NCBI GenBank assembly: GCA_050633305.1
Contig: JBOEGF010000010.1
Location: 640,001 to 704,000 of the forward strand
DNA: 64,000 bases
From: Nannocystales bacterium
GTDB lineage: Bacteria > Myxococcota_A > Polyangia > Nannocystales > Nannocystaceae
Direction: 5' to 3'
The notes under the pieces were generated by a model. The model saw only the letters and a program-made list of their open reading frames with translations. It was not told where the DNA came from and ran no database searches. Positions 19,036 through 28,235 of the stretch are shown here, one piece after another. Positions within the stretch are counted from its first letter, which is position 1. Every line of letters starts with the position of its first letter. Made by a program: the position numbers and the translations under genes.

Positions 19036-20840
19036 GCGCCTTCTCCACCCTGGTGTTCGTGGGTTTCGGCGTACTCGCCCCCCTTGGCGATGAGCTGCTC
19101 GTGGGTGCCCCGTTCGACGATCCGGCCGCCCTCCAACACCACGATTTCGTCGGCGTGTTCGAGCACGCTGGTGCGATGCGAAACGATGACCGTGGTGGGA
19201 GCCATCGAACCGAGGACTCCGCCGCGAAGGTTTCGAATCGCGTCGACCATGCGGGCCTCGGTGCCCTGGTCGACCGCACTGAGCACATCGTCGAGCAGGA
19301 GCAGCGGGCGGCTGCGGTACAGCGCCCGGGCCAGGGCGACGCGCTGTCGCTGACCTCCGGAGAGCATCACGCCGCGTTCGCCCACGATGGTGTCGAGCCC
19401 CTTGGGGAGCTGGTGTACGTCATCCCACAGGCATGCCGCGGTGAGGACCTCATCGAGCCGGGTGTCCTCGCCAACGTCGGTGCCGTCGCTGCCTGGAGGG
19501 GCTGGCTCGCGCGCGGCACGGTAGGGGTTGGTGCCTTCGAGGCGGACGTTCTCCCGGACCGTGGTGGAGAACAAGAACGGCGCTTGAGGCACCACGGCCA
19601 TCGCTTCTCGGAAGTCCGCCAGCGGTACGTCGCGAGCGTCGATGCCGTCCAGCGTGACGGCCCCCGCGGGCGGCGTGTGGACCCTGGTGAGGACGTCGAC
19701 CAGCGTGGTCTTGCCACTGCCTGTCTTGCCGAAGATCCCGAGCGTTTGGCCCGGCTCGACCGTGAGGTCGATGCCCTGCAGCGCGGGCTCGTCCCCGTCG
19801 GGATAGGTGAACGCCAGATCGCTCACCTCGAGCCGAGGGGGCGCGCTCAGTTGCAGCGCGGTGAGCTCGTCTGGGAGGTTGGGCGGCGTCTCGAGCAGGT
19901 CGTCGATGCGCCCCAGCGAGACGAGCCCACGAGAGATCGCCGCGAGAACCCAGGCCAGCGCGATGAGGATGCCCACCAGGGACATCAGCAGGGCGGTGAA
20001 GGTGGCGAGGTGCCCCACGGGCATGCCGTCCTCCACGACGCGGGTGCTGCCGACCCAGAGCACGATGCCGGTGCCCACCAATCCCGAGAAGCCAAGCGCG
20101 GGCATGGAGAAGGCTCGGACCTTGGCGAGTCGCAACTGCAGCGCGAGGTACTCTCGGTTGCGGGCGTCGAAACGCTCGAACGCGGCGGCCTCTGCCGCGT
20201 GGGAGCGGACGGTGCCGATGCCCGAGTAGATCTCGAGGATGCGATCGCTGAGCCCCGCGAGTAGCTGCATGCTGTCACGCACCATCGCGAAGAAGCGCTT
20301 GACCGCGAGCCGCATGTAGAGGGCACCAAACACCACCGGGACAAGGCACCACAGCGTCAGCTGCCAGTCGGTGACGGCCATCTGATACAGGTGCATCGGG
20401 ATCGCCACGGCGACGTTGCAGACCTGCAGCCCTGCGAACCCCACGAGCAGGCGCACCGACGTGGTGTCGTTGCTGGAGATGCTGACCAGCTCCCCAACCT
20501 TTCGCTGCATGTAGAATGGCCGCTGCAGCGAGAGCAGGTGTCCGAAGACATCCACGCCCACCCGGTACTCCACGTCGCGCCCCGGGTTGAAAAAGAGGAT
20601 GCGCGAGAGGCTGCGGACCGCGATCACGACGGCGGCCAGGACCATGAGCTCGACGCCGAGCTCGCGGGTGTTGGCCAGAGCCTGTGAGCCTTGCTGTTCG
20701 AGGATCGTCAGCGCTTCGCCGACGATCGCCGGGATGCGGACGACCACCCAGTTGGTGGCGAACAGCATGACCGCCCCGAGCGCGTATTGCGGGACGTTTC
20801 GCGCAACGTAGCGCGAGGCGAAGCGACGGGCGGTGCTCAC
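19032..20840 (-). CDS. ABC exporter, fused permease/ATPase (heterodimer partner A)
   Basis: TM domain; GKTGSGKT; LSGGQ; Walker B LLLLDD (Glu to Asp); SH switch. Confidence 0.92.
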   Translation of the reverse strand: MSTARRFASRYVARNVPQYALGAVMLFATNWVVVRIPAIVGEALTILEQQGSQALANTRELGVELMVLAAVVIAVRSLSRILFFNPGRDVEYRVGVDVFGHLLSLQRPFYMQRKVGELVSISSNDTTSVRLLVGFAGLQVCNVAVAIPMHLYQMAVTDWQLTLWCLVPVVFGALYMRLAVKRFFAMVRDSMQLLAGLSDRILEIYSGIGTVRSHAAEAAAFERFDARNREYLALQLRLAKVRAFSMPALGFSGLVGTGIVLWVGSTRVVEDGMPVGHLATFTALLMSLVGILIALAWVLAAISRGLVSLGRIDDLLETPPNLPDELTALQLSAPPRLEVSDLAFTYPDGDEPALQGIDLTVEPGQTLGIFGKTGSGKTTLVDVLTRVHTPPAGAVTLDGIDARDVPLADFREAMAVVPQAPFLFSTTVRENVRLEGTNPYRAAREPAPPGSDGTDVGEDTRLDEVLTAACLWDDVHQLPKGLDTIVGERGVMLSGGQRQRVALARALYRSRPLLLLDDVLSAVDQGTEARMVDAIRNLRGGVLGSMAPTTVIVSHRTSVLEHADEIVVLEGGRIVERGTHEQLIAKGGEYAETHEHQGGEGA

Positions 20841-20875
20841 GTGAGACCGCTATCTACACCACCCAGGCCGCGGGG

Positions 20876-21538
20876 CTACTTCTTCTTTTTCTTGTCGTCG
20901 CCCTTGGGCGGCTGAGCCTCGATCGACTCATCCTTCTCGATGGCGTCGAGCTGGCCTTCGATGGCCGTCAGGGCCTTGCGGAGCTCCTCGAGGGTGGGCC
21001 CGAACTTCTCGTTGTCGGCGATTTTGCCGCCGAGGTCGCCGTTGAAGTTCTCCCAAGCCGAGATGAACCCGCCCAGCTTCACCTGAACTTCGCCCCCCTT
21101 GGACTCCTTCTCGGTGAGTTCACGGTAGGCCTTCATGAACTCTTTGTTGTCCGCGCTGTAGCCCTCGTTGAACTTGGCGAAGGCCTTGTCGGAGTCCTTG
21201 GCCTTGGCCCACTTCGCCGCGCCTTTTTCGACGCTGTCCAACGCACCGCGGAGGTCCTTGAGCATCTTGCGGTAGCTCTCGAGGCGGCCTTTGACGAAGG
21301 CTTTCTCTTCCTTCTCATACAGCGCCTTGGCCTCGGCCATCTGCTCCTCGGGGGAGACGAACCCGGCCTTCTTGCGGGCTTCAGCGAGCTCTTCGGGGGT
21401 CATCTCTTCCTTCTTGGCCTGCTTCAGCTCGGAAGGCTTCTTGCCCTGGTTGGGCTCCACGATGGGCTCTTTTTCGGAGTCGCATGCGGTGAGCACGAAG
21501 GGGGCGAGCAGGGCGGTAAACAGGGCGAGCGTGCGCAT
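20876..21538 (-). CDS. Hypothetical helical, highly charged lipoprotein
   Basis: Lipobox LTAC; GAGG RBS; K/E-rich helical sequence; poly-K end. Confidence 0.75.
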   Translation of the reverse strand: MRTLALFTALLAPFVLTACDSEKEPIVEPNQGKKPSELKQAKKEEMTPEELAEARKKAGFVSPEEQMAEAKALYEKEEKAFVKGRLESYRKMLKDLRGALDSVEKGAAKWAKAKDSDKAFAKFNEGYSADNKEFMKAYRELTEKESKGGEVQVKLGGFISAWENFNGDLGGKIADNEKFGPTLEELRKALTAIEGQLDAIEKDESIEAQPPKGDDKKKKK

Positions 21539-21990
21539 GGGTGGCCTCGGCGCGACCGTAGCACGGACGTGCTCACTCGCGGCGAGCTCGGTGGTGTCGT
21601 CACGTCAGCGCGGGGACCCCTCTGGGCTGCAAATGCGTGGGTTGCTTGGGGGCAGCGAAGACCACCTCGGCGCGTCGGCTTGAAGCCCAGCAGCCGGCCT
21701 GCGGAGGAGGTGTCGAGCCGCGCTTCGGATGTCGAGGTTGCTCGGGGCTCCGGGCGGGCCGCGGACCGTTGCTGCTCTTGTGTTGTTGGTCCTTCGCCCC
21801 GCCCGGTACCGGGCTCGCGACGATGTCCCCTTCGACCTGCGTTGGACCGGGCCCGTCTTCTGCCCCAACCGCCGCAGTCGGGTCTCGTGGCTCGGCCTCG
21901 TCCTTGCGCACTCAGCGCGTCGGCCGTTCACCTTTTTTCGGGAACTTCCAATGCCCGACCCGGTGCGTACGGAGGACGATGCTTCGTGCC

Positions 21991-22557
21991 ATGCGAGTCT
22001 CCGCTTCCACGCCGAGTCCGATCGACGGACCGCTGGTGGTGCGGGCGCAGTCTGCCGACCGATCCGCGATGCGGGAGTTGGTGCGGCGCCATCAACGTCA
22101 GGTTGGTGCGCTGCTCGGGCGCATGTTGAGGCCTGCCGGGTTGGGTTCGCTGACCGAAGATCTCGCCCAAGAGGCCTTTCTGCGTGCGTTTCGAGCCCTG
22201 GACCGCTTTGACCCGAATGGGCCCGCCGCGTTCTCGACGTGGTTGCTGCGCATCGCCTCTCGGCTGGCGATCAACGAGCTGGCTCGGAAGCGTCCCGAGC
22301 GTGCGTCGACCGACTCGTTGGGGAGTGCGTCGACGCCCGAGTCCGAACATCGACGAAAGCGGATCGGCGAGGCCATTGAATCTGCAGTTGGCGAGCTTCC
22401 GCCGCCATTCCGAGCCGCTTTTCTGCTTCGCGAGTACCACGGCCTCGACTACGCCGAGATCGCGGAGATGTTGGATCTGGAGCTTGGAACGGTGAAGTCG
22501 AGGTTGTCTCGGGCACGCCGGTTGCTGCGGGTGCAGTTGGAGGAGGTGCGCGAATGA
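21991..22557 (+). CDS. ECF RNA polymerase sigma factor
   Basis: 'EDLAQEAFLRAF..FSTWLLRIA', 'LDYAEIAEMLDLELGTVKSRLSRAR'; start 21991 or 21979. Confidence 0.9.
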   Translation: MRVSASTPSPIDGPLVVRAQSADRSAMRELVRRHQRQVGALLGRMLRPAGLGSLTEDLAQEAFLRAFRALDRFDPNGPAAFSTWLLRIASRLAINELARKRPERASTDSLGSASTPESEHRRKRIGEAIESAVGELPPPFRAAFLLREYHGLDYAEIAEMLDLELGTVKSRLSRARRLLRVQLEEVRE

Positions 22558-23726
22558 GCGACGAACTCAAGCGGGACGATCTCGACGCATGGGAGGTGGA
22601 GTCGCTGCCGGCGACCTTCGAAGACCGGGTCATGGATGCGCTGGAGGCTCCGGACCCGTCCGAGGCGCAGCCACGCAACCCTGCGGTCGTGTGGGGAGCG
22701 GTGCTGTCGTTCGCGGCGGCAGCGGCCGTGATTGTCGCGCTTTGGCCCCGGCCAGACGCTTTCCGGGACGATGCGATCTCGGTTCGCGCGGGGGCGTCGG
22801 CTCGACTCGATTACGCGCCGGGGTCCCACGAGGCCACGCAGAGCCATGGCACGGCCACGTACCGCGTTCGCCGAGGAACGCCCTTCGTGGTGCACACGCC
22901 AGCGGCCGACGTCACGGTCCGTGGCACCGAATTCACAGTGGAGATGCTGACGATGCAAGACGAACGAAGACGGAAATATCTGGGTCTTGGTGCTCTGGCC
23001 ATGGGTGGCGCCGCAGTGGCGGTCTACGTCGGGAGCGGCGAGGTGACCGTGCACAACGAGCACGGTCGCGTCCGTGTTGGCGCGGGGCAGACGGCGGTGG
23101 CTTCCGAACATCGCGGCCCTCGAACTGAGGCTGCCCCGGTTGCTGCGGCGGCCACGGCGAAGCCCAAGTCCAAGTCCAAGTCCAAGTCCAAGTCCAAGAA
23201 CTCCCGGACGCTCACTCCCACCGAGCGGGCAGGTGTCCGGCGGAGGATCGAGGATGCGATCGCCAAGCGTCAGGGAGGTTCCGACGCAGAGGAGGTCGAA
23301 GACGGGGTGAGTCCGGGGCCGGAGACCGAGAAGGACGAAGCTCTCGGCTCGTTGCAGAAGGACTACATCAAGTCCGTGGTCTCCGAAGATCTGCTCCCGC
23401 TCGTGAGAGAGTGTTTTGAGACGGCGCTCGAGAGTTCGCAAGGGCGCCTCGATGGCTCGGTCACCATCAAGTTTTCGATCGCGGGGGACGCTTCGGTGGG
23501 GGGCATCGTGGACGAGGTCGAACTCGACAACTCGGAGGTGAAGCGTGAGGGTGCTGGGCGGGGCGCCCGAGGGGCCTTCCCCTTGGCGGAAAACCCGGAG
23601 TTCGCGGAGTGCGTGTCCGAGTCGACGGCGTCGCTGTTGTTCGATCCCCCGGAAGGGGGAGGCCGGGTTCAGGTCAGCTACCCGTTCATCTTCGCGGCCG
23701 CAGACGCCGCCGCGGCCGCCGACTGA
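22554..23726 (+). CDS. FecR-like anti-sigma factor fused to a C-terminal TonB-C/AgmX-PglI-like domain
   Basis: ATGA overlap with sigma; TM helix; FecR motif 'PFVVHTP..VTVRGTEFTV..GEVTV..VGAGQ'; KPKS repeat linker; 'VRECFE..GSVTIKFSI..FAECV..FDPPEGGGRVQVSYPF'. Confidence 0.8.
   Translation: MSDELKRDDLDAWEVESLPATFEDRVMDALEAPDPSEAQPRNPAVVWGAVLSFAAAAAVIVALWPRPDAFRDDAISVRAGASARLDYAPGSHEATQSHGTATYRVRRGTPFVVHTPAADVTVRGTEFTVEMLTMQDERRRKYLGLGALAMGGAAVAVYVGSGEVTVHNEHGRVRVGAGQTAVASEHRGPRTEAAPVAAAATAKPKSKSKSKSKSKNSRTLTPTERAGVRRRIEDAIAKRQGGSDAEEVEDGVSPGPETEKDEALGSLQKDYIKSVVSEDLLPLVRECFETALESSQGRLDGSVTIKFSIAGDASVGGIVDEVELDNSEVKREGAGRGARGAFPLAENPEFAECVSESTASLLFDPPEGGGRVQVSYPFIFAAADAAAAAD
23164..23198 (+). 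repeat. (CCAAGT)x5.8 hexanucleotide repeat encoding KSKSKSKSK
   Basis: Directly visible tandem repeat. Confidence 0.9.
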
Positions 23727-23770
23727 GCGTGGTCGAGGTCGTCCGGACCGCTGGGACCGTTTCGCTTGCT

Positions 23771-23820
23771 TGTGAGGCAGTTCACGCGTAGGAACGTGAC
23801 GTTTTTTGTCAGGTTTGACA
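23771..23820. promoter_or_regulatory. Cluster of inverted repeats upstream of the metalloprotease gene (CRP/FNR-like box and TGTCA-N4-TGACA)
   Basis: TGTGA-ggcagt-TCACG at 23771-23786; TGTCA-ggtt-TGACA at 23807-23820. Confidence 0.4.
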
Positions 23821-23833
23821 GTCTGGATTTGTG

Positions 23834-25504
23834 ATGCGTTCCGGGTTGCTTCTCTTCTCGTCCATGTTCTTGGCCGCCGCCTGTGGCGATGACGGCGGTG
23901 CCATGGAGGCAAGCGGCACGGGTGGGGTCACGGGTGCGTCCGGGAACAGCGATACCGAGTCGTTGATGGAGACGGAGTCGCAATCCGGTTCCGCCACGGA
24001 CAGCGCGACCTCGGGCGTCGACACCAGCGGTGGCGTCATGCCGGTCGACGAGCCTGCTCGTGGAATCTCGATCTCGCGGGTGGAGGCCAACTCGGGCGTT
24101 GCCATTCCCATCGCTATCGATGGGGCCTGGGCCGATGGCTCTCAGCGCAACGCACAGATCCCCAAGAACCGGAACACGGCCTTTCGTGTCTACCTGGACG
24201 TCGACGACGACGTATGGGTCCAGCGTGAGATCGAAGCTCGCATGACGCTGTTCCAGGCGGACGGTACCGAGAAGGAGTACGTCGAGCGGGGCCTCATCGC
24301 GCAGGACAGCTCAACCTCATCGTTCCAGTCCAACATCGTCATCGGTGTTCTGGCCGAGGACATGGTGCCCAACGCCCAGTTCAACGTGGAATTGTACGAG
24401 GTCGGCGGCGGCTACGAAGGGTTGCCCGAGGTTTCTGAGGCTCCCAAGGCGATGCCCGAGCCGAACTACATCGGCATTGAGAGCACGTACCAGAACATGC
24501 GCATCATGATCGTGCCGATCGAGTACGACTTTGGTGGTTGCCAGACGCAGTTCGATACGTCGGAAGAAGCCTTGGCCCCGTACATCGACCACATGTTCCA
24601 GCAGAACGCCCTGGAGAACATCGATGTCGAGATCCACGACTTGTATCGGGTCGACAACCTCGACCTCACCGGCAACGGATTCTTCCAGCTGCTCAACGTC
24701 ATGGCACAGCTGCGGGCCGCCGAAGCGCCCGATCCCAACGTCTACTACTACGGGTTGTTCGACAACTGCGGCGAATGTATCGGTGATGGAAGCGGCTGCA
24801 CCCTGGGCGTTGCCAACGGGATCCCGGGGAACTCCATGGGAGAAGCCGGTGCTCGCGTGGCGATCGGTTCTCAGTACCTCGGCAACGACGAGATCGGCAT
24901 CGAGACGTTCGTCCACGAGATCGGGCACAACCAAGGACGGCGCCACATCTTCTGCTCTGGTGCGAACGCGGCGGGCACCGATCCCTCGTACCCGTATGAC
25001 GATGGGAAGACGTCCGGATGGGGATTTGGTGTGCGTGACTTCCAGTTGCGCAACGGCAACACGCACTTCGACTACATGAGCTACTGCAACCCCACCTGGG
25101 TTTCGGACTGGCAGTGGAAAGAGACCTTCGCCCGCATTCAGACGCTGAGCAGCTGGGAAGGCGCGGACATGCAGGACGCGATGGAGGGCCGCTACGTGCT
25201 GATGGGGTCGGTCAACACCGAAACCGGCGAGGCGAGCTGGTGGACCGACCGTGGCTGGGTCGAGCCTGAAGACGCGGCGCCCAACTACCGGATTCGGTAC
25301 TCGTTCGACGACGCATCGACCGACGAGACGCTGCTCGTCGATTCCGACCCCTGGAGTGAGGGCCCGTGGATCACCGTGCGTGCGCCGCTGCCGAGCGACT
25401 TCGCTGCGGTGACTGGAATCCAGCTCGACACGCCGACGCTGACGGCCAACGCGCCGCGAAATGAGATCCAGGCATTCCACCTGGACTCGTTCCAAGCGCC
25501 CTGA
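23834..25504 (+). CDS. Lipoprotein zinc metalloprotease (metzincin, M66-like)
   Basis: Lipobox AAAC; S/T linker; HEIGHNQGRRH (HExxHxxGxxH); Met-turn 'DYMSYC'. Confidence 0.82.
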   Translation: MRSGLLLFSSMFLAAACGDDGGAMEASGTGGVTGASGNSDTESLMETESQSGSATDSATSGVDTSGGVMPVDEPARGISISRVEANSGVAIPIAIDGAWADGSQRNAQIPKNRNTAFRVYLDVDDDVWVQREIEARMTLFQADGTEKEYVERGLIAQDSSTSSFQSNIVIGVLAEDMVPNAQFNVELYEVGGGYEGLPEVSEAPKAMPEPNYIGIESTYQNMRIMIVPIEYDFGGCQTQFDTSEEALAPYIDHMFQQNALENIDVEIHDLYRVDNLDLTGNGFFQLLNVMAQLRAAEAPDPNVYYYGLFDNCGECIGDGSGCTLGVANGIPGNSMGEAGARVAIGSQYLGNDEIGIETFVHEIGHNQGRRHIFCSGANAAGTDPSYPYDDGKTSGWGFGVRDFQLRNGNTHFDYMSYCNPTWVSDWQWKETFARIQTLSSWEGADMQDAMEGRYVLMGSVNTETGEASWWTDRGWVEPEDAAPNYRIRYSFDDASTDETLLVDSDPWSEGPWITVRAPLPSDFAAVTGIQLDTPTLTANAPRNEIQAFHLDSFQAP

Positions 25505-25664
25505 GCTGGTGCCGGTGGGCTTCGCCGGGGCTTCCGGCGAGCCGCGGCCGGCCGGGCCTTGCGGCGCGCAGGGTCGCCGTCCGTGATTGTCTCGATACCG
25601 CGACTCGGAACGAAGTTCCCGGTTGCAAGAGCCCGATCCCGTGGCGTGGTGTACCCTCCGCGCC

Positions 25665-27509
25665 ATGCGAACTGCCCGTGTTTTCCTGCTCGCTGGGGCC
25701 GCGAGCCTCCTGGTCCCCGTCGCCGGATGCTCCAAGAAGTCATCGGCCGAGACCGTCGAGCCCGCGGCGGCGAGTGAGCCTGTCGCTCCGCCCACCGCCA
25801 ACGACCAAGATCAGGCTCCGGGCAAGGGCGCTGCCGTTCCCGATGCGGAGAAGGTCCAGGTCCTCGCGAGCTTTGAGGGTGTGCAGGACATGCTCTCAGC
25901 TGGGATGGATCTCAAGGCTCGCATCGAAGGAGGCGAGGCTGGTGGCGACCCTCTCGCAGAGGTGCAGGCCGGTCTGCTTGCGCAGGGCTTCGGCCCCGGT
26001 TTCCTCGGCAACATCAACCTCGACGGCATGCACGCGGTCAAGGTCGCGTTCCCCACGGACGACGCCGCTGGACCGGAGGCGATCGACTTTGCCGCGAGCA
26101 TGTCCGTGTCGGACGGCCAGAAGGTGCTCGAGAGCTTCCCTTCGTCCATGCGCCCGCAGCCGTTGGGCGGTGAGATGTGGGAGCTCCGTCAAGAGAACGA
26201 CGTCTTGCTGATCAAAGAAGCGGGCGCCGAGCTTCTGTGGGGTCGCGCTCAGGCCGACGTCGAGAAAGCCGCGGGACTCGTCCAGAAGGTTGGCACCGGT
26301 CGTCGGGTCCGCGTTCGAGCCTGGAACATCCCCGCGGACGACGTGGATCCCGTCGAGCTGTTGGGCCTTCCGAGCGACGCCCCGTTCGTCGCCGCGATCG
26401 CGGACGTGCTCAAGGAGCTGGCCGCCGCCGAGGTTCAGCTCGACTTCGGTTCCAAGAAGCAACTCGAAGTGGTGGCGAGCGCCGAGGCCCCGTTCGGAAA
26501 GCTCGGCCTCGATCCGCTCGGGAAGGCTCGGACCAAGGCGACCGAGCTCGAAGCCAAGCTCCCCGGAGGAGCGGTGTTCGTCACGACGGTTTCGTTCGGA
26601 AACCCCGAGATGCTCCACAAGACCATCGACAGCCAGATCCCTGTCGACCAGATCCCCGCCCCGTTCGATTCGATGGTCAAGGACGCCATCAAGGGCACCC
26701 ACATGGTGCTGAACTCGATCTCGGCCAACGTGGTCGTCGCGCTGTACGTCGACAAGAAGGGCCAAGCCACGGCGATGCTCGCCGCAGGCATCAAGGGCAA
26801 GAAGGAAGAGAAGGCCCTCGAGGGCATGCGCAAGATCCACGGCACGATGAAGGCCGGGCTCGATGCTCACGCCGCACTGCAGGGCAAGAACAAGAACGCC
26901 AAGTTCGCGGTCACCCTCAAGGAAGGCGGCCTGAAGATCTCCGGCATCAAGGCGGACCAGCTCACCGTCAAGATCCCGAAGGACTTCCAAGCCGACGCCG
27001 AGGATGCCGCGCTCTTCCTCAAGAAGAACTCCGTCGAGTCGGTCTCGTTCGTTGAAGAAGGCGTCGCTTTCTGGGCCATCGGGGCCGGCGCACGCTCGCT
27101 CGGGTCCGACGTCGCTCGCTCGCTCGGCAAGGACCGCGCGAGCTCCATGGCTTCCGAAGGCACGCTCACCACGCTCCGCAAGGGCATGGATGGCTGCCAG
27201 CTGTGCATCAGCTTCGACGCTGATGAGTACCTCCGGGTTCGCTTGCTCGACATGCAGGCGAAGACCAAGGACAAGGCCCAGCTCAAGGAGATCAAGAAGC
27301 AGCTCAGCAAGCTCGGCAAGATCAAGGGCGAGGCGGAGGTTGGCGTCGGCCTGCGGTTCTCGGACAAGGACGGCGCAGCCGGCCTGGTCGTCCCCAGCAG
27401 CACTCTGGGACTCAGCAAGGAGTCCTTCGCTGGCCTCAGCGAAGTGATGGACTTCGTCGACGGCAATGGAGATGCGACGGTCTCGGTCGCCCAGGCTAAG
27501 ACCAAGTGA
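25665..27509 (+). CDS. Hypothetical large lipoprotein
   Basis: Lipobox VAGC; strong coding codon bias; GTGA overlap with next gene. Confidence 0.75.
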   Translation: MRTARVFLLAGAASLLVPVAGCSKKSSAETVEPAAASEPVAPPTANDQDQAPGKGAAVPDAEKVQVLASFEGVQDMLSAGMDLKARIEGGEAGGDPLAEVQAGLLAQGFGPGFLGNINLDGMHAVKVAFPTDDAAGPEAIDFAASMSVSDGQKVLESFPSSMRPQPLGGEMWELRQENDVLLIKEAGAELLWGRAQADVEKAAGLVQKVGTGRRVRVRAWNIPADDVDPVELLGLPSDAPFVAAIADVLKELAAAEVQLDFGSKKQLEVVASAEAPFGKLGLDPLGKARTKATELEAKLPGGAVFVTTVSFGNPEMLHKTIDSQIPVDQIPAPFDSMVKDAIKGTHMVLNSISANVVVALYVDKKGQATAMLAAGIKGKKEEKALEGMRKIHGTMKAGLDAHAALQGKNKNAKFAVTLKEGGLKISGIKADQLTVKIPKDFQADAEDAALFLKKNSVESVSFVEEGVAFWAIGAGARSLGSDVARSLGKDRASSMASEGTLTTLRKGMDGCQLCISFDADEYLRVRLLDMQAKTKDKAQLKEIKKQLSKLGKIKGEAEVGVGLRFSDKDGAAGLVVPSSTLGLSKESFAGLSEVMDFVDGNGDATVSVAQAKTK

Positions 27510-28093
27510 GCGTTGCGGCGGTGATTCTCGCCGCCGGAGCCTCGACCCGGATGGGTCGCCCCAAAGCGCTCATCGAGTGGCGGGGGCGGCCCTTCTTCAT
27601 GCACTGCGTGCGTCGGGCCGAAGGTGCCGGGTGCGTACCGGTGGTGGTGGTGTGGGGGTCGACTCCGTTGCCGCCCGCGGAAGACGTCCGCCAGGTTCAC
27701 AACCCGGACTGGGAGCAGGGTCCGCTGTCGAGCTTGCAGGTTGGACTGCGGGCTGTCCTGGCCAGTGACCCTTCGGGAGTGCTCGTCATGACGGTGGATC
27801 GCCCGCACGTCGCCGAGGAGACCGTTCGTGCGTTGCTCGAGGCACACACCCACACACCCGGTGTGGTTGTACAGCCGCGCCTCGATGACACCAGTGGTCA
27901 CCCGGTGCTCCACCCCCGCACCGTCGTGGATGAGCTGCTGCGCTTGCCGCCGACCGACTCCGTTCGTACCGTCGTGGGGCGGCCTGAGATTCGAAACACG
28001 AGAGTGCGTATTCGCGTCGACGATCCCGCAGTCCTGGACAACCTCGATACGCCAGAGGCGCTCGAGAAGGCGATCTACGGCCCCAAATCCTAG
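27506..28093 (+). CDS. Nucleotidyltransferase family protein (MocA/MobA-like NTP_transf_3)
   Basis: 'ILAAGASTRMGRPKALI', 'NPDWEQGPLSSL', 'VDRP', 'GHPV', 'NLDTPE'. Confidence 0.88.
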   Translation: MSVAAVILAAGASTRMGRPKALIEWRGRPFFMHCVRRAEGAGCVPVVVVWGSTPLPPAEDVRQVHNPDWEQGPLSSLQVGLRAVLASDPSGVLVMTVDRPHVAEETVRALLEAHTHTPGVVVQPRLDDTSGHPVLHPRTVVDELLRLPPTDSVRTVVGRPEIRNTRVRIRVDDPAVLDNLDTPEALEKAIYGPKS

Positions 28094-28235
28094 GGTTCGC
28101 ACTCTTTCGTGGCTGCCGAGACCAGGGGGACCGGTCCGTGATTGGGCGTTGCGCGGTGGGGGCGCTGTCTGAGCGGGGTGGGGTGGAAGGAACCCAACCC
28201 GACCTCAGCGATTCGTTTACCATCGGCGCGTCGAG

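Noticed and set aside
21941..21969. GGAACTT..GCGTA as an autoregulatory ECF promoter
   Set aside because: Spacing to a CGT -10 is longer than the usual 16-17 nt; suggestive only.
25510..25560. GC-rich hairpin after the metalloprotease as a REP element or terminator
   Set aside because: No U-tract and no second copy found in the window; too weak to call.
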